DNA of 64,000 nt from Patescibacteria group bacterium (GTDB lineage Bacteria; Patescibacteriota; Microgenomatia; CAYGWK01), in the NCBI GenBank assembly GCA_049322615.1, contig JBMORX010000005.1, positions 395 through 64,394 on the forward strand, in the 5' to 3' direction. Of this stretch, positions 8,976 to 17,132 are shown one piece after another. A model generated the notes under the pieces. The model was not told the origin of the DNA, did no database searches, and saw nothing but the letters and a program-made list of their open reading frames with translations. The position numbers and the translations under genes are program-made. Numbering within the stretch: the first letter of the stretch is position 1; each line of letters begins with the position of its first letter.

Positions 8976-9193
8976 CTCCGGTTCACTTTCGGAAGCTAAC
9001 CAAGGTTTTTGAAAAAGAAGGTTGGATTTTAGTAGGGCAGACAGGAGATCACCTAGAATACAAAAAAGAAGGATTCAAAAGAAGGGTAGTTATTCCCAGA
9101 TATAAAGACGTTCCGGTTTTTGTTATCGAAAATAATCTTCGAACAGCCGGAATTTCTAGAAAGGATTATTTAAAACTTTTAAAAAGAGTTTGA
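8963..9193 (+). CDS. HicA-family toxin
   Basis: 76 aa; GWILVGQTGDH...VVIP. Confidence 0.85.
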   Translation: MARLTPVHFRKLTKVFEKEGWILVGQTGDHLEYKKEGFKRRVVIPRYKDVPVFVIENNLRTAGISRKDYLKLLKRV

Positions 9194-9236
9194 AGAACTT
9201 GACAAATTTCCGTTTTTGTTATAGGATAGGCGAAAT

Positions 9237-9680
9237 ATGAGCTGGTTAAAAGAGGCAATTGAGAGAAGCTTAGAGATGCAGAGAGATGCCGAAAGATTTG
9301 CCAAGAAGATGAACGCGGTAAGATCTAGGGCTGGGCAAATTATAACTGGACCAGATGAATACGTAGAGATGGAGGAGGAGTTAAGACAAAGACATCAAGA
9401 AATTTTACGCCCTTTTGGTTTTGAAGCCCTATTGAATGAAGTCCAAAAAGAGATATGGAGAAAAGGGAAAGTGATGTATGATCCCTACACGCTTGACTGG
9501 TTTGCATATGACCAGCGTGGTGAATGGGATGTGGCAACGATTGGTTTAGTATATGAATATAAATGTGCTTATTATCCTGGTTCTGGCGGTGGTGAACCGA
9601 GCGGGTTTTGGCATTTAGTTGAGGCCAAAGAAATTCTTTCAATATCATTAGTATCATTATTAAAATATGGAGAAATTTGA
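9237..9680 (+). CDS. Hypothetical protein (possibly continued by 9667-9879)
   Basis: ORF with TTGACA/TAGGAT promoter upstream; no recognised motif. Confidence 0.55.
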   Translation: MSWLKEAIERSLEMQRDAERFAKKMNAVRSRAGQIITGPDEYVEMEEELRQRHQEILRPFGFEALLNEVQKEIWRKGKVMYDPYTLDWFAYDQRGEWDVATIGLVYEYKCAYYPGSGGGEPSGFWHLVEAKEILSISLVSLLKYGEI

Positions 9681-9879
9681 TCCTCAAGCAAAGGATAGGT
9701 ATTTCCATTTAAGGGGTTGTATACCCCCCGAAAGGGTGTCTATTATAGATGAGAGGGCGACGGGGGCGACAGACTTGATAAAGGATTTTTTAATAAGGGA
9801 CTCTCTTGAACGGATTCGCACTCGTTGCTTACCAAAGGATCTAAAAGATGGGAGATTTGGGTTGAGACCCAGACAGTAG
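9667..9879 (+). CDS. Hypothetical protein or frameshifted C-terminus of the previous gene
   Basis: Overlaps the previous ORF by 14 nt. Confidence 0.35.
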   Translation: MEKFDPQAKDRYFHLRGCIPPERVSIIDERATGATDLIKDFLIRDSLERIRTRCLPKDLKDGRFGLRPRQ

Positions 9880-9897
9880 AAAAGACTCTACTAGTAT

Positions 9898-10767
9898 TTA
9901 GAGTTCTTCTAATTTTACTTTTTCTTCTCCGGTTTTTTCTTTGACGAAGGCAAGATATTTCTCGGTGGTTGAGAGTCTTTTGTGACCGGCTATTTTTGAA
10001 AGGAAAACGACCGAGGCTCCCGAGGCTAAATGATGAACCAGCCAAGTATTCCGCAGGTCATTGACTTTGGCATTTTCGATTCCGGCAATCCGAAAATAGC
10101 GATCAACGGTGGTTCTGATGTTTCGAACCAAAAGCGGTCTGCCGGTTTTGGTGACAAAAATGCTCTTTGTTTTAGTCTTTGGTCGTTCCTTCAAATATCG
10201 GTCTAAAGCAACCCTTGCGGCTTTATTTAAGGGAATAGTTCTTTCTGGTTGAGACTGGTAGGTTTTAATAAAAATTTCATTTTCTTTTAAATCCGGAAGT
10301 TCAAGCCTTGACAGTTCGCCGATTCTTATTCCAGTCTGAAGCATAATCTCAATTATGGCTGCCATTCGGACATCTTCCCGGCAAGCGTCTCGAAGAGCCC
10401 GATATTCCATTTTTGAAAGAATTCTTGGGGGTTTAATCTCGTATTTTGGATGAGAAACACCAACGGCTGGGTCTTCTTCAATCAATCCTTGAGATTTTAA
10501 AAACCTAAAAAAAGTTTTAACAGAATTAAGCTTTCGAGAAATTGACTTTAAGGTATAGCCCTTTTTGGAAAAATCTTCTTTAAATTCCTCAAGGTGCTCA
10601 CTCGTAATTGAGGTTACCTGAGTTATTTTTTTGCCACTTAAAAAAGAAACCAGCTGCTCAATGTCTTTGCCGTATGCTAAAATGGTAGAGATTGAGCGTT
10701 TTTGGCTTTTTAAATATTCTAAAAACTTTTCTTGAGCAGAAGAAAGTAGGGTTTGTTCGCCTGCCAT
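9898..10767 (-). CDS. XerC/XerD-like tyrosine recombinase
   Basis: SAM-like N-domain, TGIRIGEL, variant NDLRNT box, AGH..LSTTEKY; TTGACA-17-TATTAT promoter supports a start at 10767. Confidence 0.9.
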   Translation of the reverse strand: MAGEQTLLSSAQEKFLEYLKSQKRSISTILAYGKDIEQLVSFLSGKKITQVTSITSEHLEEFKEDFSKKGYTLKSISRKLNSVKTFFRFLKSQGLIEEDPAVGVSHPKYEIKPPRILSKMEYRALRDACREDVRMAAIIEIMLQTGIRIGELSRLELPDLKENEIFIKTYQSQPERTIPLNKAARVALDRYLKERPKTKTKSIFVTKTGRPLLVRNIRTTVDRYFRIAGIENAKVNDLRNTWLVHHLASGASVVFLSKIAGHKRLSTTEKYLAFVKEKTGEEKVKLEEL

Positions 10768-10807
10768 GACAGGGGTTATAATATCACTTGGGAGGATATC
10801 TGTCAAG

Positions 10808-11158
10808 ATGAAAGACAAACTTATACCTGGAATCCTTTTAATCTTTGGTCTTTACCTCATAGTTTCCTTTTCTCGGGATATTTTAAGTCTCTTGGAGAAA
10901 AGTAAAGAGCAAGAAAAAGAACAGTTAAAACTTGAAAAACTTGAGATTAAAAACGAGGAATTGAAAAAACAACTTGAATATGTTAAAAGCCAAGAGTTTG
11001 TTGAAAAACAGGCAAGGGAAAAATTAGGTCTTGCTCGGGAAGGAGAGGTAGTTGTCATTCTGCCGGAAAATGTTGGGGAGTTGGTTAAACCCAAAGAAGA
11101 AAAAAAGGAAGAAGAATTACCAAACTGGAAGCGCTGGTTAAAACTTTTCTTCGATTGA
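10808..11158 (+). CDS. ftsB: Septum formation initiator (FtsB/DivIC)
   Basis: TM, coiled coil, EKQAREKLGLAREGE. Confidence 0.8.
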   Translation: MKDKLIPGILLIFGLYLIVSFSRDILSLLEKSKEQEKEQLKLEKLEIKNEELKKQLEYVKSQEFVEKQAREKLGLAREGEVVVILPENVGELVKPKEEKKEEELPNWKRWLKLFFD

Positions 11159-11196
11159 CTTTATTACTGTGCCGTAATTAAGAAAATTAATAAGAG

Positions 11197-11236
11197 TGGC
11201 AGCGATAGGACTCGAACCTGTAACCATCGCCTTATA
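11197..11236 (-). pseudogene. Orphan tRNA 3' half
   Basis: TATAA-GGCGA-TGGTT-ACAGG-TTCGAGT-CCTAT-CGCTGCC-A; no matching 5' half seen. Confidence 0.65.
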
Positions 11237-11270
11237 GTGAAGCATAGTTTCAATATATCAAAAACTTTAG

Positions 11271-11342
11271 TGGCAGGGGTGGGAATCGAACCCACCAAAG
11301 GGCGCTTATGAAACGCCCTGGGACACCAGTCCACTCCCTGCC
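11271..11342 (-). tRNA. tRNA(CAU) (Met or Ile2), atypical D-arm
   Basis: GGCAGGG/CCCTGCC, GGCGT-TTCATAA-GCGCC, GTGGG-TTCGATT-CCCAC; A at position 8. Confidence 0.65.
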
Positions 11343-12010
11343 TCGAATAATCCTTCAATTAAACCCAATATTTTATAATAAAACCTCGCTGGTTTTACCA
11401 CATTAACCGCCAATGTTCCGTAATGTTCGTTAAAATTGGCGTAAATTTTTTTGTTTTTAACCTTTTTAAAGCTTGTTTTTCTAAATTGCTCCAATGGAAT
11501 TCCTGTTACATCTGACCAATATTTCTTAACAATTTCCTCTCTGGGTCTGTGAATTTCGTTAATTCCTACATAACATTTCAAGTCCCCAGTTTTCAGCCCG
11601 AAGTTTCTTTTTAACCAACCAATCATAAATTTTATCAGCTTTGGATCAGAATTGCAAAATTCTACGTCGCGCGTCTTTTTCGTTCCTTCTGCCCAATAAA
11701 GGGCAATACCAGCTATAAGAAATTCACGTTCGGTCAAATTTCTCATCTTTTTAATACCTATTCTTTTTGACTCTTCTATTAATCTCAATCTTTTCTCTTT
11801 TTGCTTTAAAGAACTCCGCAATCGACCTAATTCTCCTCCTTTAAGCCTTCGCTTTCTTAATCTTTCCAACTGTTCAACAGAAAGGATGATATCGCGAACC
11901 CATAAGCTTGCACTACTTTTTGAGACATTTAATTTACGAGCAATCTTCTTGACACTTTCTCCTTTAGCTCGCATTTTTCTTGCTTTAATTCTAAGTAAAG
12001 ATTTTGCCAT
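11306..12010 (-). CDS. HTH + LAGLIDADG-like protein, tRNA-associated
   Basis: N-terminal HTH (IARKLNVSKSSASLW), GIALYWAEG and FCNSD motifs; stop codon lies in the tRNA anticodon loop. Confidence 0.7.
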   Translation of the reverse strand: MAKSLLRIKARKMRAKGESVKKIARKLNVSKSSASLWVRDIILSVEQLERLRKRRLKGGELGRLRSSLKQKEKRLRLIEESKRIGIKKMRNLTEREFLIAGIALYWAEGTKKTRDVEFCNSDPKLIKFMIGWLKRNFGLKTGDLKCYVGINEIHRPREEIVKKYWSDVTGIPLEQFRKTSFKKVKNKKIYANFNEHYGTLAVNVVKPARFYYKILGLIEGLFEAGSGLVSQGVS

Positions 12011-12078
12011 GTATTAGAACCAGCGACTTAATAAGTATATAAATTATATCGTTGGTTCGTAATGTCTGTCAAATATAT

Positions 12079-12104
12079 AAAAAGCTCCGGATTTCTCCGG
12101 AGCT
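12079..12104 (-). terminator. Intrinsic terminator downstream of the initiator-like tRNA
   Basis: AGCTCCGGA-GAAA-TCCGGAGCT followed by T-run on the minus strand. Confidence 0.75.
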
Positions 12105-12111
12105 GATTGTG

Positions 12112-12181
12112 TTGCGGGGCTGGGAATCGCACCCAGGCTGGAAGATTATGAGCCTTCCGTGCAACGTTACACTACCCCGCG
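12112..12181 (-). tRNA. Initiator-like tRNA-fMet(CAU), divergent
   Basis: CGCGGGG/CCCCGCA with C1:A72 mismatch, CTCATAA loop; T-loop TGCGATT and D-loop lacking GG are atypical. Confidence 0.65.
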
Positions 12182-12479
12182 TGAATAGATTGAGTTTCTA
12201 AATTTTCAACCTAGTTTTTATTGTATTTATAGATTCTAAAACTGCTCGGCCCGCTATTCTGCAAAGCAGAATTTGTGGGCCACTACCCCGCGTGTCGTAA
12301 AATTAACTTCGTTAATCACGCCACCGCTTGAGTTAGATTTAGATTCCTTAGCAGTTGTAGTAGTCCCGTGTTCCGATGGCAATCGGAATTTACGGGACAC
12401 TACCCCCCGTGTCGTAAAATTAACAAAGTTATTATAACATTGCTTGTTCCTAAATTCAACCTGTGGTAAAATCCAAACT

Positions 12480-13460
12480 ATGGAAAAAAAGCGAGTTTTT
12501 TCGGGAATTAGATCCAGTGGAAGGCTCCATATTGGTAACTATCTAGGCGCAGTTAAAGGTATGCTTGAGCTTCAAGAAACCCATGACTGTATCTTTGGCG
12601 TGGTTGATTATCATGGGATTACTACCCCTTTTGATCCTAAATCAATTCAAAAAGAGATTCATGAAGTAGTCTTGGATTATCTGGCGGCTGGTCTTGATCC
12701 TCAAAAATGTCATTTAATGATTCAATCCCAGGTTCCCGAACATGTTGAGCTCTCTTACATTTTTGCCACCATCTTTCCTGTTTCTCGACTTGAGCAGCTA
12801 CCTACTTATAAAGAAAAGAAATTGGAAAACCCTCATTATATTAATTTAGGTCTTTTGTATTATCCGATTTTAATGGCTGCGGACATTTTGATTTATAAAA
12901 CTGACACCGTTCCTGTCGGAAAAGACCAACTGCCCCATATTGAATTAACAAGGGAAGTGGCAAAGAGGTTTAACCAAATGTTTGGCAAGATATTCCCAGA
13001 ACCCCAAGCTTATTTAACCAAAGGGGCGGTGGTGCCTTCCTTAATTGGTCAGGGGAAAATGAGCAAAAGTATTTCTGGAAGTTATATTTTGCTGACTGAT
13101 GATTTAGAAATGATTAAAAAACGCCTGGCCGCTGCTCCAACTGATATTGGTAAGGGAGAAAAAGTTCCCAAGGAAGGAGGAGTGGCAAACCTTTTGAAAC
13201 TAGTGGAGTTATTTGAGGGCGAAGGGCGAAGGACGAAGTACGAAGAAGAGTATAGAGAATCGGGTATAAAGTATAAAGTATTAAAGGAAGAATTAGCCGA
13301 GGCGATTTATCAGGAACTTAAGCCGATTCAGGAGAAAAGAAAATATTTTGAGGAAAACCCTGAGCTTGTCGAAGGAATTTTAGAGGAGGGAAGAGAGTAT
13401 TGCTCAAAAATCGCCAAAGAAACTTTGACTGAAGCCAAGAAAGCCATGGGGCTTCTTTAA
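12480..13460 (+). CDS. trpS: Tryptophanyl-tRNA synthetase
   Basis: HIGNY, YPILMAADIL, VPVGKDQ, KMSKS. Confidence 0.96.
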   Translation: MEKKRVFSGIRSSGRLHIGNYLGAVKGMLELQETHDCIFGVVDYHGITTPFDPKSIQKEIHEVVLDYLAAGLDPQKCHLMIQSQVPEHVELSYIFATIFPVSRLEQLPTYKEKKLENPHYINLGLLYYPILMAADILIYKTDTVPVGKDQLPHIELTREVAKRFNQMFGKIFPEPQAYLTKGAVVPSLIGQGKMSKSISGSYILLTDDLEMIKKRLAAAPTDIGKGEKVPKEGGVANLLKLVELFEGEGRRTKYEEEYRESGIKYKVLKEELAEAIYQELKPIQEKRKYFEENPELVEGILEEGREYCSKIAKETLTEAKKAMGLL

Positions 13461-13496
13461 AAATTCCTCAAAATCTGGTATAATTTAAGCCATCTT

Positions 13497-16400
13497 ATGG
13501 CAAATAATAATCACAAAAAAGTCGTTCGCCGGTTTGAATTCCGACTCAACCTTAACCCAAAAAATATTATTATCTGGACTCTGGTTTTTATTCTTGGTCT
13601 TTCTTTTTTCCTCTCGTTTTTAACAAGTAGCCCAAGAGGAGAAGAGGAGATTTCTCTTTCCCAAGCCCTAACTGATATTAAAGAGGGGAAGATAAAAGAA
13701 GTCTTAGTTGAGGGAGACCGAATTGTTTTAACTTATAAAGAAAAAGATAAACTTGCCTTCACCCATAAGGAGACTGGAGACAAGATAAGTGATGTTCTAA
13801 AGTCTTCGAGTATTGACCCAACGGAGATTAATCTTAAAATTAGAGATCAGTCACTTTCTCGGGTCTGGGTTGATATGTTGGGGACAGTTTTGCCTCTGGC
13901 TTTAATGGCAATTTTCTTCTTCTTTATTATTCGTCAGGCGCGAGGCGCCCAAGACACAATTTTTTCTTTTGGTCAATCCAAGGCTCGGCTTTTTGCCAAA
14001 GGCAGACAAAACATCACTTTCCACGATGTGGCCGGAGTTGACGAGGCAAAAAAAGAACTCTCTGAAGTCGTTGATTTCTTAAAACACCCGGGAAAATATC
14101 GGTCTTTAGGTGCCAGAACTCCCAAAGGAGTGCTTTTGGTAGGGCCTTCAGGAACAGGAAAGACCTTGTTGGCAAAGGCTGTTGCCGGCGAGGCCGGCGT
14201 CCCATTTTTCTCAATGGCGGGTTCGGAGTTTATGGAGATGTTAGTCGGAGTTGGCGCCGCCAGGGTAAGGGATTTGTTCAATAATGCTAAAAGAGCAGCC
14301 CCATCAATAATTTTTATTGACGAAATTGACGCCATCGGTCGAATGAGAGGATTTGGAATTGCCGGCGGACATGATGAAAGAGAACAAACCCTAAATCAGA
14401 TTTTGGTGGAGATGGATGGTTTTACTCCAAATGATAACGTCATCGTGGTGGCGGCAAGCGTGACTGGGGAGACCCCGGTTCTTATTAAAGAGAATGGAGA
14501 AGTACGCTTTCTCCCTCTTGGTGAGTTTGTGGATCAATTTTACTCCAGGGGAAAAGAGGGGGAAGTGGAGCTGTCTGGAGTAGAATGCTTGGGGTTTGAA
14601 AGAAAGGTTTCTACTGGTAACCTGACTCGTCATAATCTTTATTTTGGTCGAAGTAGCTTCAAGCCGATAAGAGCGGTCTTCCGCCACAAGGTAAAAGAAA
14701 TTTACGAGATTGAATATTTGGGGGGCAAAATTCGGGCGACCGGAAATCACTCAGTGTTTATCCGGACACCTCAAGGTCTTAAAACAAAGGCGGTGGTTGA
14801 ACTTAAAAAAGGAGACATTTTAGTTGACTTGCCTTTTAAAGTTAACAGAACCAATAAGTCCTTGATGGAAGTGAGAACCCATCGGTTTGATTCTTCATGG
14901 TCTTTTAGTCTTCCCTTTTTTGACCAAGAACAAGAAGAAGAATGGCAAGGAAAATATCTTTTTGCTCTCCAAAATGAGGGAGATTTATCCCAAGCTAGGG
15001 TAGCGGAAATGATCGGGGTTTCTCAAGGGACGGTTTCTAATTGGCAGCGAGGAATAGGTTATCCACGGCCAATTTCAAAAGATTATTTTAAATATCGATT
15101 TCCTTCCGAGATTAAAGTTACCCCTGAGCTTTGTCGGTTACTAGGCTATTATGTCGCCGAGGGATATGCCCGCTGGGAAATTGATTTTTGTTTTTCCGTA
15201 AAAGAGAGCGAAAAGATTAAAGATTTAGTTTCTCTGATAGAAGAAAATTTTGGATTAAAACCTGATTATATAAAACATCAAACTCCCGGAGCGGTGAATA
15301 TAATTTATCAAGCTACACCGCTGGCCAGATTTTTGGTTCGTTACTGTGGTAAGGGAGCAGCCCAAAAACATGTTCCCGAGTTTCTGTTCGAAGCACCACT
15401 TGAGTATTTTAGAGAATTTCTAAGGGGAATTTGGGCAGGGGATGGTTATGAAGATAAACGGGGCAGGGGGGAGATTACTTCGGTTAGTAAAAGATTAATT
15501 TTAGAGCTTAATTGGCTTTGCCGAATGCATGGAATAAAAACTTATATTCATAATTTTACTGCCAAAGAGGGAAGAAGAATCGCCGGTGGTAAACCGCTTA
15601 AAGAGATTTTGGCTTATCGTTTGGGTTGGGGAAAGGCAAATAATCCCTTTAATAAACAACTTCTCCTTAAAACTTATCCTGTAAAGAGAGCCATCGTAAA
15701 ACAAGTAAAAAAGGTTCCTTTTGATGGTTTTGTTTATGATCTTTGTGGGGTAGAAAATGAGGCTTTTTTTGGGGGAGAAAGCCCGATTCTTCTACACAAT
15801 ACTAATCGCGGAGACCTTCTTGACCCCGCCCTTCTTCGGCCTGGTCGGTTTGACCGAAGAATAGTTTTGGACATGCCAGATATGGAGGCAAGAAAAGCAA
15901 TTTTAAAGATTCACGCCCGAGGAAAACCTTTTAGTCCAGATGTTTCCTGGGATAAGATTGCCAAAAGAACGGTTGGCTTTTCCGGAGCCGATATTGAAAA
16001 TATGCTGAATGAGGCAGCAATTTTGGCGGCGAGGGAAGGGAAGAAAGCCATTGGCATGGTTGAGATTGATGAAGCGTCGCTTAAGGTTAAGCTTGGTCCA
16101 GCTAAAAAAAGACTTCAGACTGAAGAAGATAAAAAAATGACTGCCTATCATGAGGCAGGACATGCTATCGTTACCTCAAATCTTCCTCATATGGATCCAG
16201 TTTCCCGCATTTCCATTGTTGCCCGGGGCGTTTCTTTAGGTCACACTTTAATTCCCCCAACCCAAGACCGAACCCATGAGACAAAATCGCATTTAATTGA
16301 ACAAATAATCGCCATTTTAGGTGGTCGGGCGGCCGAGGATATTGTTTTTTCCGAGATGACCACTGGGGCGGCCAATGATATTGAACAGGCAACCAGGATC

Positions 16401-16703
16401 GCCAGGGGGATGGTGATTGATTTTGGGATGAGTGATTTAGGACCAGTGAATTTAGGTCCTCAAGTTGAATATTCAGATATGGGAAGAGCGCTTTGGATGG
16501 AACCATCCCAACTTTCTCCAGAAATGGCAGCCAAAGTAGATAGGGAAGTGAAAAAAATAATTGATTCTTCTTACAAGCAGGCTTTGGAAATCTTGCGGAA
16601 ATCAAGAAAGAAACTCGATTTAATTGCCGAAAATCTAATTAAAAAAGAAACCCTAGAACAAGAGGAATTCGCTGCCCTAATGGGCAGAAAGATTAGCGCG
16701 TGA
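13497..16703 (+). CDS. ftsH: ATP-dependent zinc metalloprotease FtsH containing an intein
   Basis: Two TMs, GPSGTGKT, FIDEID, LLRPGRFDR, HEAGH. Confidence 0.96.
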   Translation: MANNNHKKVVRRFEFRLNLNPKNIIIWTLVFILGLSFFLSFLTSSPRGEEEISLSQALTDIKEGKIKEVLVEGDRIVLTYKEKDKLAFTHKETGDKISDVLKSSSIDPTEINLKIRDQSLSRVWVDMLGTVLPLALMAIFFFFIIRQARGAQDTIFSFGQSKARLFAKGRQNITFHDVAGVDEAKKELSEVVDFLKHPGKYRSLGARTPKGVLLVGPSGTGKTLLAKAVAGEAGVPFFSMAGSEFMEMLVGVGAARVRDLFNNAKRAAPSIIFIDEIDAIGRMRGFGIAGGHDEREQTLNQILVEMDGFTPNDNVIVVAASVTGETPVLIKENGEVRFLPLGEFVDQFYSRGKEGEVELSGVECLGFERKVSTGNLTRHNLYFGRSSFKPIRAVFRHKVKEIYEIEYLGGKIRATGNHSVFIRTPQGLKTKAVVELKKGDILVDLPFKVNRTNKSLMEVRTHRFDSSWSFSLPFFDQEQEEEWQGKYLFALQNEGDLSQARVAEMIGVSQGTVSNWQRGIGYPRPISKDYFKYRFPSEIKVTPELCRLLGYYVAEGYARWEIDFCFSVKESEKIKDLVSLIEENFGLKPDYIKHQTPGAVNIIYQATPLARFLVRYCGKGAAQKHVPEFLFEAPLEYFREFLRGIWAGDGYEDKRGRGEITSVSKRLILELNWLCRMHGIKTYIHNFTAKEGRRIAGGKPLKEILAYRLGWGKANNPFNKQLLLKTYPVKRAIVKQVKKVPFDGFVYDLCGVENEAFFGGESPILLHNTNRGDLLDPALLRPGRFDRRIVLDMPDMEARKAILKIHARGKPFSPDVSWDKIAKRTVGFSGADIENMLNEAAILAAREGKKAIGMVEIDEASLKVKLGPAKKRLQTEEDKKMTAYHEAGHAIVTSNLPHMDPVSRISIVARGVSLGHTLIPPTQDRTHETKSHLIEQIIAILGGRAAEDIVFSEMTTGAANDIEQATRIARGMVIDFGMSDLGPVNLGPQVEYSDMGRALWMEPSQLSPEMAAKVDREVKKIIDSSYKQALEILRKSRKKLDLIAENLIKKETLEQEEFAALMGRKISA
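14457..15800 (+). mobile_element. 448-aa intein with LAGLIDADG endonuclease and HTH
   Basis: VVAA|SVTGETPV...ATGNHSV...LLGYYVAEG...FLRGIWAGDG...VYDL...LLHN|TNR. Confidence 0.92.
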
Positions 16704-16739
16704 TTATCGCATGAGTAAAACATGATGGGCACATGACAT

Positions 16740-17132
16740 ATGCCGCGGCCAATCAAAAGACCAATCCTTTATGAGGATTTAACCTATAAACTGATTGGTT
16801 TTGCGATGGGAATTCACAATGAACTTGGTTCCATTCATAAAGAAGCAGTTTATCAAAATGCTTTTGCTCAGGAGCTAAAAACAGCGGGAATTCCTTTTAA
16901 AAGAGAAGAGGTCTTACCGGTTAATTTTAAGGGAAAGGAAATTGGCAGTTATAAGCCAGATTTCGTGGTTGATGAGAAAGTAGTGGTAGAAATTAAGGCA
17001 GTTGAGTTCCTACCCCAGAAGGCAGAGGTTCAGTTGAGTTATTATCTCAAAGGGACGAAATACAGAGTGGGTTTGCTATTAAATTTTGGTTCACCTAAGC
17101 TTCAAATTAAAAGAAGAATTTATGGGTGGTAA
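16740..17132 (+). CDS. GxxExxY protein (PD-(D/E)xK-like)
   Basis: GSIHKEAVY, PDFVV..VEIKA, GLLLNFG. Confidence 0.92.
   Translation: MPRPIKRPILYEDLTYKLIGFAMGIHNELGSIHKEAVYQNAFAQELKTAGIPFKREEVLPVNFKGKEIGSYKPDFVVDEKVVVEIKAVEFLPQKAEVQLSYYLKGTKYRVGLLLNFGSPKLQIKRRIYGW

Noticed and set aside
8514-11236. Invertible segment swapping tRNA halves via the Xer-like enzyme
   Set aside because: The swapped halves would not pair (GGGCACG vs CGCTGCC)
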